Below, one piece after another: positions 1-12,943 of a stretch of 64,000 bases of DNA. The notes beneath the pieces were generated by a model that saw only the letters and a list, made by a program, of their open reading frames with translations, did not search any database and was not told where the DNA came from. How positions within the stretch are numbered: the stretch's first letter is position 1; every line of letters begins with the position of its first letter. Source of the DNA: Eremomyces bilateralis CBS 781.70. Its lineage: Eukaryota. The position numbers and the translations under genes were made by a program. The DNA lies in NCBI GenBank assembly GCA_010015585.1, contig ML975175.1; one strand, written 5' to 3'.

Positions 1-306
1 CTGCAGCTGCCAGAGATTATTTGGCTATACCAGCATCTGGGGTATCAGTCGAAAGACTGTTCAGTGGGGGAAGAGATCTCTTAGGAGTGCGGAGGAGCTC
101 AATGAGTGCAGAGACTATGAGGCGTCTTATGATGCTGCGAGATACATGGAAATAGCTTCAGAGATTTACGAATAATTACGAATAATTACGAATAATGCGA
201 ATATTATTCGTACGAATATTAGTAAGCGGAAATTCTAAATTTTATTCGTATTCGACTACGAATATTCGTACGAATATTCGTAATCGAATATTCGTGTCCA
301 GCCCTA
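1..306 (+). mobile_element. 3' end of a hAT DNA transposon (cut by the window edge): transposase C-terminus, subterminal repeats, right TIR
   Basis: Frame 3..155 reads ARDYLAIPASGVSVERLFSGGRDLLGVRRSSMSAETMRRLM (hAT dimerisation domain). TTACGAATAA x3 and several CGAATATTCG palindromes follow. The end ...GTGTCCAGCCCTA (revcomp TAGGGCTGGACAC) is a typical hAT terminus. Confidence 0.88.
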
Positions 307-755
307 ATGGCCAAAGACCTCTCTGTCTTTGAATGAGTGTCGAATCGTACGTAGCTTGAAGGCGTCTTTACGGATTTTCGGCATCTCAGAGAAATGAAGC
401 CTTATCAGCCGCTGAGAACCCCCACCTCGAAATCTGCGTATTTGACCGCCGGAAATAGTGCTTTAACGCAAGAAACGGCTTGCCGTCAAGAGGCTGAAGG
501 AAGTGGGTTGTTTGCGGAGGAAACGGAATCAGAATAATACTACCTGGTCGCGGTCAAACTGCGCCCAGACGATGCATCATGCATCATGTAATTACCTATC
601 ATCCACTGGATTCGCGACACTGACCTGCAGAGGGTGCTGCAATGGGCAAACATTCCCGGTTTTTTTATCCCAGTGCGAACATTCACAGCATTACCAGCCT
701 ACAAGAGGCCTACTAAACTAGAAAGTCTTTTATGGCTCCGTAATCCACACCATAT

Positions 756-2405
756 TCACTTTTCGAGACCCGTCTCCTTGCGAATGCCCCTGCCAAGGAA
801 CTTGAGCCCGATGACACCCAGAGTCTGCGCGCCAGCCATCCCAGCGATGATCGAATAGCCAAGATGGAACTTCGGTGCCATAGTGCCCGTATTGAAGATC
901 AGAATCGGTACCCAGGCGTTAAAGGCAGCGCCGATTGCTTGTGCGCAACCTAGGATGAGTGCGCGTTCTTCTGGCAGGGCGGAGAACGTCTCATTAAGAT
1001 ACGACTAGGTCACAATTAGCTTTCACTCCTGGCTCAAGGTCGGAATATAAAGCTTACAATCATGATCGGACCGTACGCAAGTGTCGTGGCCATGCTGATA
1101 TATCCATAGAAGATTGCCCCTTGGCTCGGTGCGGCAGCAAGGACGGCGCAAGATACAGTGCCGACGATGCAGATGAAGAAGGCCACGAAGGTTCGGTTTC
1201 GCAGACCATCTGACAAGAAGCCATAGAAGATGGTGAAGACCAAACCGGCTGCGTGGGCAGATGTAGGGATGCTGAGAGCTTTGTTAGGTGTGAACACATG
1301 CAGTGGAATAGTAGACTGACATGTTGACTTGCGAGACCGAGTATGTCTTGAGCGCCTTGAGGTAGATAGCGAAGAAAGCAAGCGGATAAGTATCCAAGCA
1401 GAAGAAGATGTAGTTCACCACAAAAAGCCAGACGAAGGGCCGCATCGCCATGGTTTTGAAAGTTGTAAAAGTAGCGCCAGAGAACGGCTTCCGGCCAATT
1501 CTTGTCATTCTTGACTGTGCAAGCTCCCTTTCCTCCTCGCTAAGGTAGCGAGCCTTGGTGTTGTATGGCGAGTCGGGCACGGCAAAGAAGCCATAGAGTG
1601 AGCCTGGGACAGTGATGATGCCACACATGATGAAGAGCCATCTCCATCCGGCAAGTCCGTGGAGGCCATTCATACCATTGTAGACGCCAGCCTGCAGGTA
1701 CCCGGAGAACATATTCGCTGCGAAAGAGGCCGAGTAGAAGATACTTGCTCGCTTCGCTAGCTCCTTTGGCGTGTACCAGTTGCCAAGTAGCGTCATCGCG
1801 CCGATGTAGAACGGCGACTCGATCAACCCGATGAGGAAGCGCATGGCATAGACTTGCTTCGCATTACTGACCGCGGCAAAGCAGAACGTGATGATGGCCC
1901 AACAAACCTCGCAAGCGGGAAGATAATACGATGGCCTAACATAGGTGATGATATATTGACTGGGGATCATGCCAATGGTGTAGCCGATGGTCCAGAAGGT
2001 GGTGAAGTAATTATACTCGTCGCCAGTGAGATTGAGGTCTTCCTTCATGCCGGAGACATATGCATTAGCTAGGAAGGGTTAGCTCCATCGGTTATAAACT
2101 TCGTCGAGTGAAGGCTCACTCATGTTGGTGGTGTCGAGAAGCCGAATAAAGTAGCCAAAGCATGCCCAGCTCCTGGTTTGCTGTCAGTATACAGTCGTTC
2201 TCGTTAACGCTCTGCCTCCTTCAACTCACAGAATATATAGATCAAGCTTCCACAGCAGCCTCCTCTCCGCTGTCATAGTTCCGCCCCTCCACCATGGCTT
2301 AACATCGCCCTTCCCACTCTCACGATCGCTCTCGGAAGCATATTGCACCTCTTCATCAGGCACTTTTGCCTCGGACAGCTTCTGAACCTCGATAGGCGCA
2401 GTCAT
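756..2405 (-). CDS. MFS transporter, allantoate/pantothenate (Fen2/Liz1-like) family; spliced
   Basis: ERRLLWKLDLYI, NAYVSGMKEDLNL, RFLIGLIESPFY, WYTPKELAKR, GLAGWRWLFI motifs across GT-AG-separated exons; stop at 756-758. Confidence 0.88.
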
Positions 2406-3205
2406 GGTTCACCTCCAAGTGGATACAAGATTGATGAAAAGGTATGCACGGGGTGATGGGCTGATGGCTGCAGAGGATGATCGTTCGCCTACCAACTTAC
2501 CAACCACTGTTCTTATACACATATCCGATCGCTCGGTAGCATAATCCCGATCCATCATGCTAGTGAGCATGTTGGCATGCAATTGTCCAACGTTAGACTG
2601 TTTCAACGCAAGCTTCAATTGCGTGTAAGATAGGGATATGTTGCCATCATCAAAAATTTCCGTTCATCCGTTTCATTGCACGAATATCGGGTCGGGTTTC
2701 CTAGGCTGAAGGACACTCCACCATGGCAGCGTCAAATGAACCGCCAAATGAACTGCCAAATAAAACTGCACGATGATTTACTCTAACCGAAGCCAGCCAA
2801 TCGTTGCTCGGACAGGGCGGGTCCGATTCGGAAATGCCATTATTCCCAAGAGTCCTCCTGCTCATTGGTGCGACTTATAATACCATGCGGATGCCCAGGG
2901 TCTGAGTCATGTACTAAGACTGTACTATCCTACAGTCTAAGCTGGAACTATATCATATATGCAATAGTCTGGCGGCCAGATGCGGTAAAGGACTCCCGAT
3001 ACTGGTGCTATTCCTAAGACTAGATCATTCGTTATTTGTATATGGAATTGCGCAACTGATGCTATGCGATTCTGCGGGTCGAGCTCGGATAACGAGGCGC
3101 AAGTATTTCCAGAACTGGCCATCCCCAAGTTATATGAGGACGCCGTGAACCGAGACAAGTAGTTGAAGATCGTCTGTACCTGCTTTTGATAAGCAAGAAA
3201 TTAAG

Positions 3206-4693
3206 ATGGCTACCGTTGACACCTTACCTTCATATGACCTTTGGAGCGACGCTCCCGGGTATCTGCTTAACAAGCCAGAATGGGAGGCCGCCAATGCGTC
3301 CCATCCAGCATCCTTCAGCTTCGGTGATGTCCCAAAGGGCTGGCCGAGCCAGATTACTGGGCCCTCGGTATGGACCGGTGATGATCTTCGTCGAAACCGT
3401 ATGTAGGACGAATTGTATGTATACAATGAGTTGACCATACTGAGACATTCATAGCCGACTCGTATCTCCGGATCCTCAAGGAGGAGGAGATCGAGGAAAT
3501 AGACACTGCCATCAAAGCATGGAAGCAGCTCTCCATTCCACAGATCGAGCTCTCCCGTTCCAACTTTCCTCTTCCCACACTTGGTCCCGTGCTGCGCCAG
3601 CTCGCCAACAATATCTACAATGGCACCGGCCTCCAAATCCTGCGTGGCTTTCCTATTGCTCAATACAGTACGGAAGACCAGATGATCGCGTTCCTCGGCA
3701 TTAATGCATGGATCGGCGACCAGAAGCTCAATCAAGGCGCTCAAAGGGCTGTCTGCCATATCAAGGTGAAGCGGAATATGGACTATGCTAATGACATTTT
3801 GCTGACACTTCTGTAGAGCATCGCCCACCTTGATCCCTCCCAGCGCGGCAAGATCTACGTCTCTGCCCAAGACACGAATCCACAGATGTACCACAGCGAT
3901 GCAGGTGGGGATATCGTAGGCTTGATGGCCGTGAGCACGTCTGGCAAAGGCGGCAGGTCAAAGGTCGCGAGTGCGGCGCAGGTCTACAATCATCTTGCAA
4001 AGCATCGGCCGGACATCGCACGCATCTTAGCCGAACACAAGTTCCGATGGCAGGCGTACGACTTTTTCCAAGCTCTTCTCATATTTTTTCACTGACGATA
4101 TCGCAGGGTTGGCATCCCTAAAGACGGTGTCCGCCTAATCCACTACCAAGACGGGAAACTCTTCCTCAACTTCTCGACTCGCACATTCATCGGGTATGGC
4201 GAGGTTCCCGATCGTGACACAAACTTCCCAGAATTGACTTTCGAAGAACGCGAAGTCTTCGGGGGGTGGCAATGGGTCGCTGATCAGTACAGCTTCTCCA
4301 CGGAGTTGCAAACAGGCGATATAGAATGGTATGACCTTTCTCCTCCTTGGGAATGGAAATACAAAGGCACTGACAACTATGCTCTAAAGGGTCAACAACC
4401 TCCACCACCAGCATGCGCGCTTTGGCTTCACCGAAGATCCTTCAAATCCGCGTCACCTCCTCCGCGTCTGGCTACGTGACAGCGAACTGAGCCCGAAGAA
4501 GCCGGCAGATATGCAGAACAAATTCGATGCTATGTTTGGTGTTGAGCCGAACCTTGTACCGGTGGATGAGCTCGAGGAGGATGTTATCCGGAAAAGTACG
4601 GGAATTTTCACTGGATCGTGTGAAAAGGCTCTGGCCGACTATCGGCTGGAAAAAGGTGGCATAGGCGCGTTAAACAAGAAAGCCGACAGGTAA
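3206..4693 (+). CDS. TauD/TfdA (clavaminate-synthase-like) Fe(II)/2-oxoglutarate dioxygenase; spliced
   Basis: GWPSQITGPSVWTG, NFPLPTLGPVL, YHSD (HxD), GGRSKVAS, NNLHHQHAR, RHLLRVWL. Confidence 0.85.
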
Positions 4694-5038
4694 ATATGCT
4701 GGGACACGTTCGGCATGATCACATAGACCGCGTAGGCTTCCAGAAGCTATTAATTCGATGGTAATTGGTATACCAAGGCCAACATATGCTAAGTATATCT
4801 GGATAATGTGGCCAACTTGAGGAATGGAGAGGGTGTACGCGCGGATGGACTCTTCAAATGAACAAATGATTGCATGATATCAAAATTTTTGTTCGTACCC
4901 AGCACGTACCTTTGTATGGATATCCCTTCTTGCTTGCTGTGCGAGCGAACCGTGACATATGGAGTAATAAGGTATGTGTTCAATGAGCAACATCGACGTG
5001 TTCACCTAACAATACCCCATCGAGCCACCCCTTCTCCT

Positions 5039-5722
5039 TCATTTTAGTGCAGTTTGAGCAATCATTTTGAACATCTCCTATCGCCCCTTTTCCCAACCCT
5101 CACCTGCCATCTTCGGAAGCCCACCCACATAAATAACATCGTCGCCCTTGTCAAGTCCATCCCAAGCCTCCGCCGTAAATGTCTCCAGTGGCATCAGGAC
5201 GTGCTCTGGTACATGTACGCCTGGCTGATTTTTCTCGCTGTGCAGCTCTGTCTTCACTGCGGGAGGCACAATCTCCACAACCTGTACAACTCCTGGCCCG
5301 GCCCTCATCTGTTCCTGTAGACATATAACGAACGAGTGGAGTGCCGCTTTAGTTGCACTGTAGTTCAGACAACGTGGAGCGGGGACCAAAGCCAGGCCGG
5401 AGCTGATGAAAACCAGGTAGCCCTTAGATTGCGCTTGGAGGTGAGGTAGGAATGCCTTGACAAGATGAATGTACGAGAGGTAGTTAGTTGTTATTTCAGC
5501 ACTAACAACCTCTAGATTAACTGTGTCCGGATTGGAGAAGTCGAAGCTTCGCTGGATCCCGGCGTTGAGGATGACTGAATCTAGATCCGGGTGCTTCTTC
5601 ATGATATCATTCGCAAAACTTCCAATCTGGTCGAGCTGAGTGATATCCACCTGGTAGGCCGTTACTTTGTCCTTGCCGTGTTTGCTGGCAAACTCGTCCA
5701 GCCTGTCTTCGCGGCATCCAGT
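5039..5722 (-). pseudogene. Short-chain dehydrogenase (DltE-like), 3' part; gene interrupted by transposons
   Basis: LNAGIQR, YSATKAALH (YxxxK), EIVPPAVKTELH. Lacks the N-terminal GxxxGxG, which lies at 22962-23058. Probable premature TAG at 5078 shortly before a natural TGA at 5039. Confidence 0.9.
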
Positions 5723-8400
5723 CCCTTACTAGGTTTTCATGCCACTTGGCGTGGCCGCGCTAGCACCACCCCCTGAAGCACTTAGCTTAATAGTTTGGAA
5801 GAATTACGAGTTCTTACTTGTCAAGATGTCACATTTGATTTGTATGCAATCCTCATATAGTATAAAGTTGTCGCACGTGATGTGCTAAAATGGTTGGGAG
5901 TGAGGTGCTGTTGTTCCAGCAGCGAAGTTGTTGTATTGTGTAAGTTGTGTGTTCTAGCTGAATGCCTGGTCCCCAGGCCCTACAGATATACGAGAGTCAC
6001 GGCAAGATTATTAATGCAGTTTGTAGCCTTGGACTCCTAGAGCTCATGCCTTGGCCTGCGACAAAAGTAAATAGACACAATTACCATAGAGGAATCTAGT
6101 AGTATCTAGCTAGGTCTTTGACTGTGGAATGGTTCTATACAACTAGTACAGAGAGAAAATCCTTCTCCACAGATCTCACAGTAAAAGAAGGTCCTTCGGT
6201 CCTTGATTTGGTTATCCCTTAGCTTTTTCCACCTACACAACCAACACCACCGTCGCATCCCTCTTGAAATTCGTGCCAGGCGATGAACACCACTTCTAAG
6301 AGTAGTATGATACGGGAACTCCGTATTTGGCCGTACGTACGAGTTACCGGATCTCCTGATCCCTCGGTTGCCTCGAATTGAGGACCTTCCTGCTCATTGA
6401 AGCCCTGTACTACTCGGGGACCATGACCATCTGAGATACCTTTGATGACCATATTCCAGGCAAGCTGTAGACGGAAATCCTTAAGGCTCTGTAGGTATCT
6501 AATATTCTGCTTTCGAAACTGACATGTACCGAGGATATGAGCGTTCGAAGCAGTCGTATCGAGTATCCAGAAGAGAATAGGATACCATGTTTTCTGGCTA
6601 ATTAGGTGGGATGTGAAGTAAGCTCGGCGTTGATCCGCGATATCGACGCCTCCCATAAAGCTATTGTATAGTATGGCAGCTTTAGGTTGTAGAACCGGTA
6701 TCTCGTGGACCCCAGGAGGGTAGATTTGATCAAGTTCTCGCTGGTACGCAGCTGTACCAGTCGCGGGACGCCTCCGAGGTACCCAATCATTCTCTTCTGG
6801 CTCAAAAATGGTATGGAGGAAACGTATGAGTACCCGATCCTTCCATAAGAGGCTGGCAACATCGCGAACGCAGAGGAAGTCCTGCTTTTGAAGCGGCCAT
6901 CTGCAATTGTCCTTTACCTCTTTGAAGTGCTGTAACGGGTACTCTTTATACGACGTCCTAGTCGTCCCACAGGCCCCAATCCTCATTTTTCGAAGGACTG
7001 AGAGCAGGCGAATATCGGTAAAGTAGTTATCCATAAAGATAACAAACTTGCGGAGACTGACAGGAAGAGAGGCTACCAAGGTAACAACCGCCTTTGAGGT
7101 AGCCGTAAGCTCAAGATTCTCGTATCTATGGGGGGGCTGATAGTTTACACCATGGATTGATGATGTATCCTTCCTTCCTCCGGTATCAAAGCTTCCTCCT
7201 AAGGTAAAAAGAAAGCTATAAACATAGCCTCTATCGGCGAGGGCAAGGATTTTATAGCCAACAGGGATAGGCTTGCCTTTAATAGAGACAATCTCCTTTG
7301 ATCGACCCGTAAACTTGACCATAATCTCATCGATTGAGACGTAGTTTAAGGGGAGATATACTTGGTTGAAGCGAGCACCTAAAAGCGAGGCAATTGGTTG
7401 TACTTTGTCGAAGACGGAGGTCGGCTGCGGCTCTGTATCGGGATCAGAGGTGGATAATCCGTTTGATCTGCTTCTATCTTCGAAAGGACATAAACCTAGA
7501 GATACAGTGAAGAGGCCGCTGGCCATTCCTACTCCTGAGATCCCCTCGAGAAGCGATATTAAAGGTACCCATGTAAAGGACAAGGCCCAGCCATATCCGG
7601 ATATGGCCGGCGGTAACAGGCCTAATCGAGATTTCATGCTTCTGGGCGTACCGGTTGGAGTGCTCTGCGATCGTCTTATAAATGCCTTCATCAAATAGCT
7701 GGGAGAAAAGGACAAGCGGAAGATCCCATCGCTCAGCAAGTTCTTCGAAGGAAGCGGGAGGGCGATCGTGAAGCATTGGGTCTAGGGACTGACCATTGCC
7801 ATGGAAAATCCCGCAGCCAGTACAACCTGGAGTCCCACAGGATACACTCTGGGTGTCGGTAGCGCAGAGAGGGCCTTGGACGCCAATGAAGAGATCAAGC
7901 AACGCTTCGGGGTAGTGATAGTATGAGACGTATCCTTGCATCTTTTTAAAGTACGCCCCAGGCTACCCTAAAGGCCTCTTAGTAGCAGGATCAATAGCTA
8001 TGTAGGAGGCATCCCCAGGTTGTCCAATTGGCGTAGGAAGAGATCCAGCGGAGGATGTTGCAGGCTCAACCTGAGGTTGCTGTAATTGGGACTCCGGATC
8101 CGCTTCCGCAGCGGTGGTAGCATCAGACGGCACTCTCCATACAAATTCAGTGGTGAGCTCATCCTCAGATACCTCGTCATCGGAAGCGGTGGCGTCTGAA
8201 GCTGATGGGAGCATCGAAAGCATAGTTGATCGCTTTGATTGTACAGAGTAGAGTTGCAATGAGCAATGGAGCTGGCAAAAAGGCGCAAAGGCTGTAATTT
8301 TCGTACCGCGTTGTGATTGGAGCCTATTAGTACGCTAACTTAGCGCCACCAAGCCCCTCCCGGCACTGAAAAGGAATGGACCAGATGGACCGTGTATGGG
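5723..8400 (-). mobile_element. piggyBac-type DNA transposon with CCC..GGG termini and a GT dinucleotide duplication
   Basis: Ends CCCTTAC... / ...GTATGGG, flanked by GT on both sides (5721-22, 8401-02). Removing it restores the SDR reading frame. Contains a piggyBac transposase pseudogene. Confidence 0.82.
6106..8224 (-). pseudogene. piggyBac (DDE_Tnp_1_7/PGBD-like) transposase, frameshifted
   Basis: SIDEIMVKFTGRS, KPIPVGYK, FMDNYFT, YNSFMGGVDIADQ. The N-part (LFSQLFDEGIYKTIAEHSNRYA..IWLGLVLYMG) and Cys-rich tail (CWLC..CEIC..CTSCIEPFH) are in other frames. Confidence 0.9.
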
Positions 8401-10836
8401 GTAGCGATAACATGTCACAGAAAGTGACAGAATCTGTGTTTCTTGACGTTTCCCCACTGCTTCATTCCGTATTCGATTCTATACCCCTATTCTTTCCCTT
8501 TTTAGGGAATAGATCACCATTGTAAACCATATAAAATAGCTGCAGGAACAGCCTGTTTTCGTAGGATCCGGCTCTTCAGGATCAAGTTCAATCTATCTAC
8601 GCTCTTTTGGAATCTAACGGGGTTTTGTCGCAATTCGCGGGGTGATGATTAAGCACGTTCGCTGCTTTTGCTCAGTTGCTGTAGAGTCACAACGCAAGTT
8701 GGTCTTGACGATTCCCATTGTCTCCTCAAAAGGAGATCTAGCTAGTAAAACAGTTGAAGATAATTAAATACAAGGTAAATAAGACGACGGCAGGTGGACC
8801 GCCAGAATGGCAGGCTTGCCCAACCGTGCATGCTCATTGGCCGAAACCCATGATCCGAAGGTTTCCCGCCTGCTCTGCCCAGTTCGCCTGCTTCGACCTC
8901 CCATATAAAACGCGCATTCCACCATTCGTTCTTCTGCCGTTTTATTTCATCGCTCTCGTCTTCTTCCCCTTCCCTCTCCTCTCAAACCCCTCAACTACTA
9001 CGGCGACCGAGAATCCACGACCGCTCTTCATTCTTCGCTTGCTCCCTGCTCCACTGCGTCTCTGGTTTCGCTGCGTTCCCTAGCCGCCCCGCTCCCTCCT
9101 GATCGCCGTCTCAAGTGTTGCACTCTGTCCACACGGCGCTGCGGTCTCTTCTGCTGGTCATTTTATTCTCAAGGAGCTCGTCTGCCTGGATTGCTAGGCA
9201 TGCCTCCCGTTCCCTGGACCGTTTCTCTCCCTCTCGAGAGTGAGACGGTCGGTCTCCCTAAATCCGAATCCGAATCCAACCTCCTCCCTCTCCACGCTCC
9301 TGCCCAAGTCCAGCAGGTGGCCGGCCATCTCGCTCACATCCTGCTCGCGAGCTCGGAGTGGCCCACACAGCCCCCGGCATTGGGGCCCGTTGATTCCGTT
9401 CGGCGACGCCGACTCCAGCGCCTTGGTTCACCGTCATCCTCAATCCGAGTCATGGAAGTCGGTCACAAGGTCCACGGCTCATGACGATCCTAGACCCCTG
9501 TATCATTGTTTTCGTCGCTTTGCTGCCTACGTGGCACTGCCGGACTTGTGGGCTGAGCCGGTCTGGATGAGGCGGAGGTGGGGAAGGAAAAGCAAGGCGA
9601 CGGCGAGACGAGCAGTGGCGGTCGCGTTCATGCTCAAGGAGGGCCACGAGAGGGCGAGAGGGCGAGACGGTGAGACGGTGAGAGGCATACGCATGTTACG
9701 CTTCCTCCTTTAGCTCCTTGGCTTTCCGGAAGTAGTTGGTGAGTTGGAAATCTATCTGACACCCGGCGATCCCGAAGGATCTTCAAAAAACCTGCTCATC
9801 TCGCCTAGCCTGCTGAGCCCGCGTCTCAGGCAGCAGCTGGAGCGGTCGAGGGGATAGGTGTGGTCGGAGCGCAGGGGATTGAAAGGGGCGAAGGGACTGG
9901 CTCAAAATCTGGGACGTTATGGAACGATGACGCTGTCACCAGACACACATGATGCAGCATGGGCCATGGTTCTGCCCCAGAAAGGCCGCACCGCCATCAG
10001 GCGCGAATCTCGGACTGAGTTTCCCGAGAGAGCGCATATGACCGAATACGAGCCAATTCATACGTCGCCGTTCATGCGTTAAGCATCTCCGGCCCTTGTA
10101 TGGCTGAACGTTAGGGACGATGTGTTAGATTACGCGCTCGCCCCTTCGTCAAGAGGGAGGTTATCGGATGGAATACCCTAGAATGGTGGATTCGCGCGGA
10201 CGGAGCTCTTGTTCCGGTCCAAGATTGAGCTACCCTTTTCCGAGCCGCCTTTGGAAGCGGCAAGTTCGGAGGCTGAGCAGCTCCATGTCGCACATTATCG
10301 CATGACGAGGGCTTTCGCGCCGCTTGAAACGCGGGATCCTTCAGGGAACGAAGGCATGACGCGGGCCTCATTCAAAGGCTGCAATGATGCAATTCAGGAT
10401 CGAAAAGGGGACACGTCAGCTCAGCCTCCTTCGCTCCGGCAGATGGGCGAGCAGGCGATATCATGCTTGATTGACTTTCTACGCTTCAGCTGCACATGTT
10501 TGTTCCATCCTTCTACCTAGAAGACCGCTGCAACTGCTCCAGGAAATGGGTATGCTCGTCTAGCGCTGGCGATGGCATTTCATTCCCTTACCCCTTTGAT
10601 TGAATCAATAGCCTCGGTCTTATCAGGCTCACTCTTCTCACAAGATCCGATTTAGAAGCGCCGAGCCAGAGCTGGCGGATAATCCGCTCACGGGCGAGCT
10701 GGATAAACAAGGCGAGCCTGCTTCCCGGCATAAAAGGTTTCCCTGCTCCCTGCTCCCTCCTTTCAAAGGTCAGCGACTCCTCTACACTTTTAAAGGATCA
10801 CACGTATTCTAGAGTGAAAACTGCGCAAAAACGGAC

Positions 10837-12943
10837 ATGGCGGTCACGACAGCCCCTTCTTCCTTCGATGCGCAATCGCAAAATCAGTCGCCTGATAACT
10901 TTCGCAATTATTCTGACCCGCCAAAAAGCAGATGTGGAGCTGATGCCATTCTTGACATCTCTTTTAACGACCCATGGACCGATATTGATGGTATTCTGAA
11001 GGGCGAAGGCTTGACCGAGCCAAAGCCCACGCAGGAATCAGCGTGCGAGGCATTCACAGGAAGCTGTGCAGGTGAGTTACTAGAGATGCTGCGCGAACAG
11101 CTTCCGAAGAGGACCATAATCTAATCTCTCTTTAGATGCAGCTATACTTATCGAAGACAGCGAATCGGACACTGATTCCGAAGATGAGCTGCCTTCTCTT
11201 AACGCATTGTTCAGTTCGGGCTCCCAACCGGAAGTTGGTGGCACGCCGGTTGCAGATAGAGTCTGTGATTCGAGCTCGTCACAAGCGATAGAGAGCGGCG
11301 AAAGTCCGCCGTCTGGACCGAACGGCGAACTGTCTACTGGTGCCGACATGTCCTGGAGTGTTAGCGACTTATGTGAGCCAGTGTATCCCTTCCAGTGCTT
11401 CGCCCTATGCTAACGCAAATGGTAGCCAACTATTCTGCTATGGAAGTCGGCGTCTTTGTAGCGGACCATACGCGACTGTCATTTGAGAGCCTTGTTCCAT
11501 CTACTGAAACGGCCGAATCTAGCAGCCTGCAACCTTCAGGTATGGCCTTACCGCGCTCTAGATTAGGCATAACCCCGACTGACAGTTTTGTACAGAGGAA
11601 ACAGATAGCATCGCCGACGAAAACTATGACCCTCTAATCAATCCGTCGTTCCTTGAACAGAGGAAGCGGGTCCGTTCCTCCTCCCGCACGACCCCGTCCA
11701 CCGACATCGATGTTGCGCTCGGCACTAGATCACAACATCAGATGGATAGGCAACCGCCGGAGAAGCCGCGTCCGGCGAAGCGGTCGAGACGATCTCGTTC
11801 CAGCGAGGCGCCACTATCCGTCACCGCTGTCCCCGATCCTGGGGTCGACTGTTCAGGGCGGCGCGAGACTCCAAGCATGTTTCATCGTGTAGGGAGGGAA
11901 CAATCGGGCTCTGTCGATGCCGAGGCATCTCCCCAAGACAGTGATGAGAGAGACGCAGCGGATACCAGCGCTGGCCCACGACCTGCCTCGTCTCCCCGTG
12001 CAATAAGGGCGTACCAGCGACGTGCGACCGACGATCCGATTCACGAGCATAGCCGGCTAGGAGACACTGCTGACTATGGTCGTGGCTGTGGCACGGACGA
12101 AGAGCACGCCGTGGATGATGATGACCACGGAACAAGGTCGCCGAAACCGCCACCAGGGCGACGGCATCGAGGCAAGATCCAACGCAGACGTCGGCCGTTC
12201 CAGTCCGATGCTGAGAGGAACACTCGCACGCTCGCACGGGATCAGCAGATTCCACGCTTCTTAAGCAGTCCGCATCCCGACTCCTCTGCACCGAGAAGAG
12301 ACGATAGCGGCCCACAGGACAGTGACAAGAGCGCACCCTTCACCATGGCCCGGCATACTGTGGTCGACATTTCTCTTCGTCCAACGCCGGGGACACTCTC
12401 CTGGCAGCTACGATGAAGGTTGATAGCGATATGCAGGCAATTTCTTACGGCACGCTGCTCAAGCTAATAGAGAATATTTTGGGCAATACAGCGAAGATAC
12501 ACGACATGACACTCAAACCGCTTACAGCAGGCCAATGGCTGTTAACCGGGTTCCTTCACAGTCATTACGTCAACGCCGGCGTTACCACGCGGCACGAGTT
12601 TACACCAAATCCGCGAAGGGATACTACCGCCGCGACCACTATCCCAATGGCCAACACTCCCGACTCAGAGGATGACAGCAGCGTGGGCGGGAGCGATAGT
12701 AGCGTCAGTGACGATGATATCAGCGATAAGAAATACATTGACCAAGGTGTGGAAGGCGGAACGCGCCGTCGGTGGGCGCCTTTAGAGGAACAGCGTCTGT
12801 TGGCTTACAAGGCCGAGGGGAAGCCATGGCCATGGATCTCTAGAAAGTTCCCGGACCGGACACCAGGTGCTGTGCGCGTCCGTTGGCACATGTTACATCG
12901 GTTGCAGGAAGGAAAGAACGAACGAGGCAACGGACCCACCTAG
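10837..12943 (+). pseudogene. Spliced gene for a low-complexity protein with a C-terminal Myb/SANT-like domain; apparent frameshift near 12400
   Basis: Introns 11072-11135 and 11540-11595. C-terminal RRRWAPLEEQRLLAYKAEGKPWPWISRKFPDRTPGAVRVRW. ORFs 11742-12416 and 12413-12943 overlap in different frames. Confidence 0.65.

Noticed and set aside
166..296. Repeat array as CRISPR or telomere
   Set aside because: No unique spacers, eukaryotic context; explained as hAT subterminal repeats
9191..10520. ORFs in the left part of the cargo element
   Set aside because: Looks like decayed coding sequence, but no family was recognisable by eye
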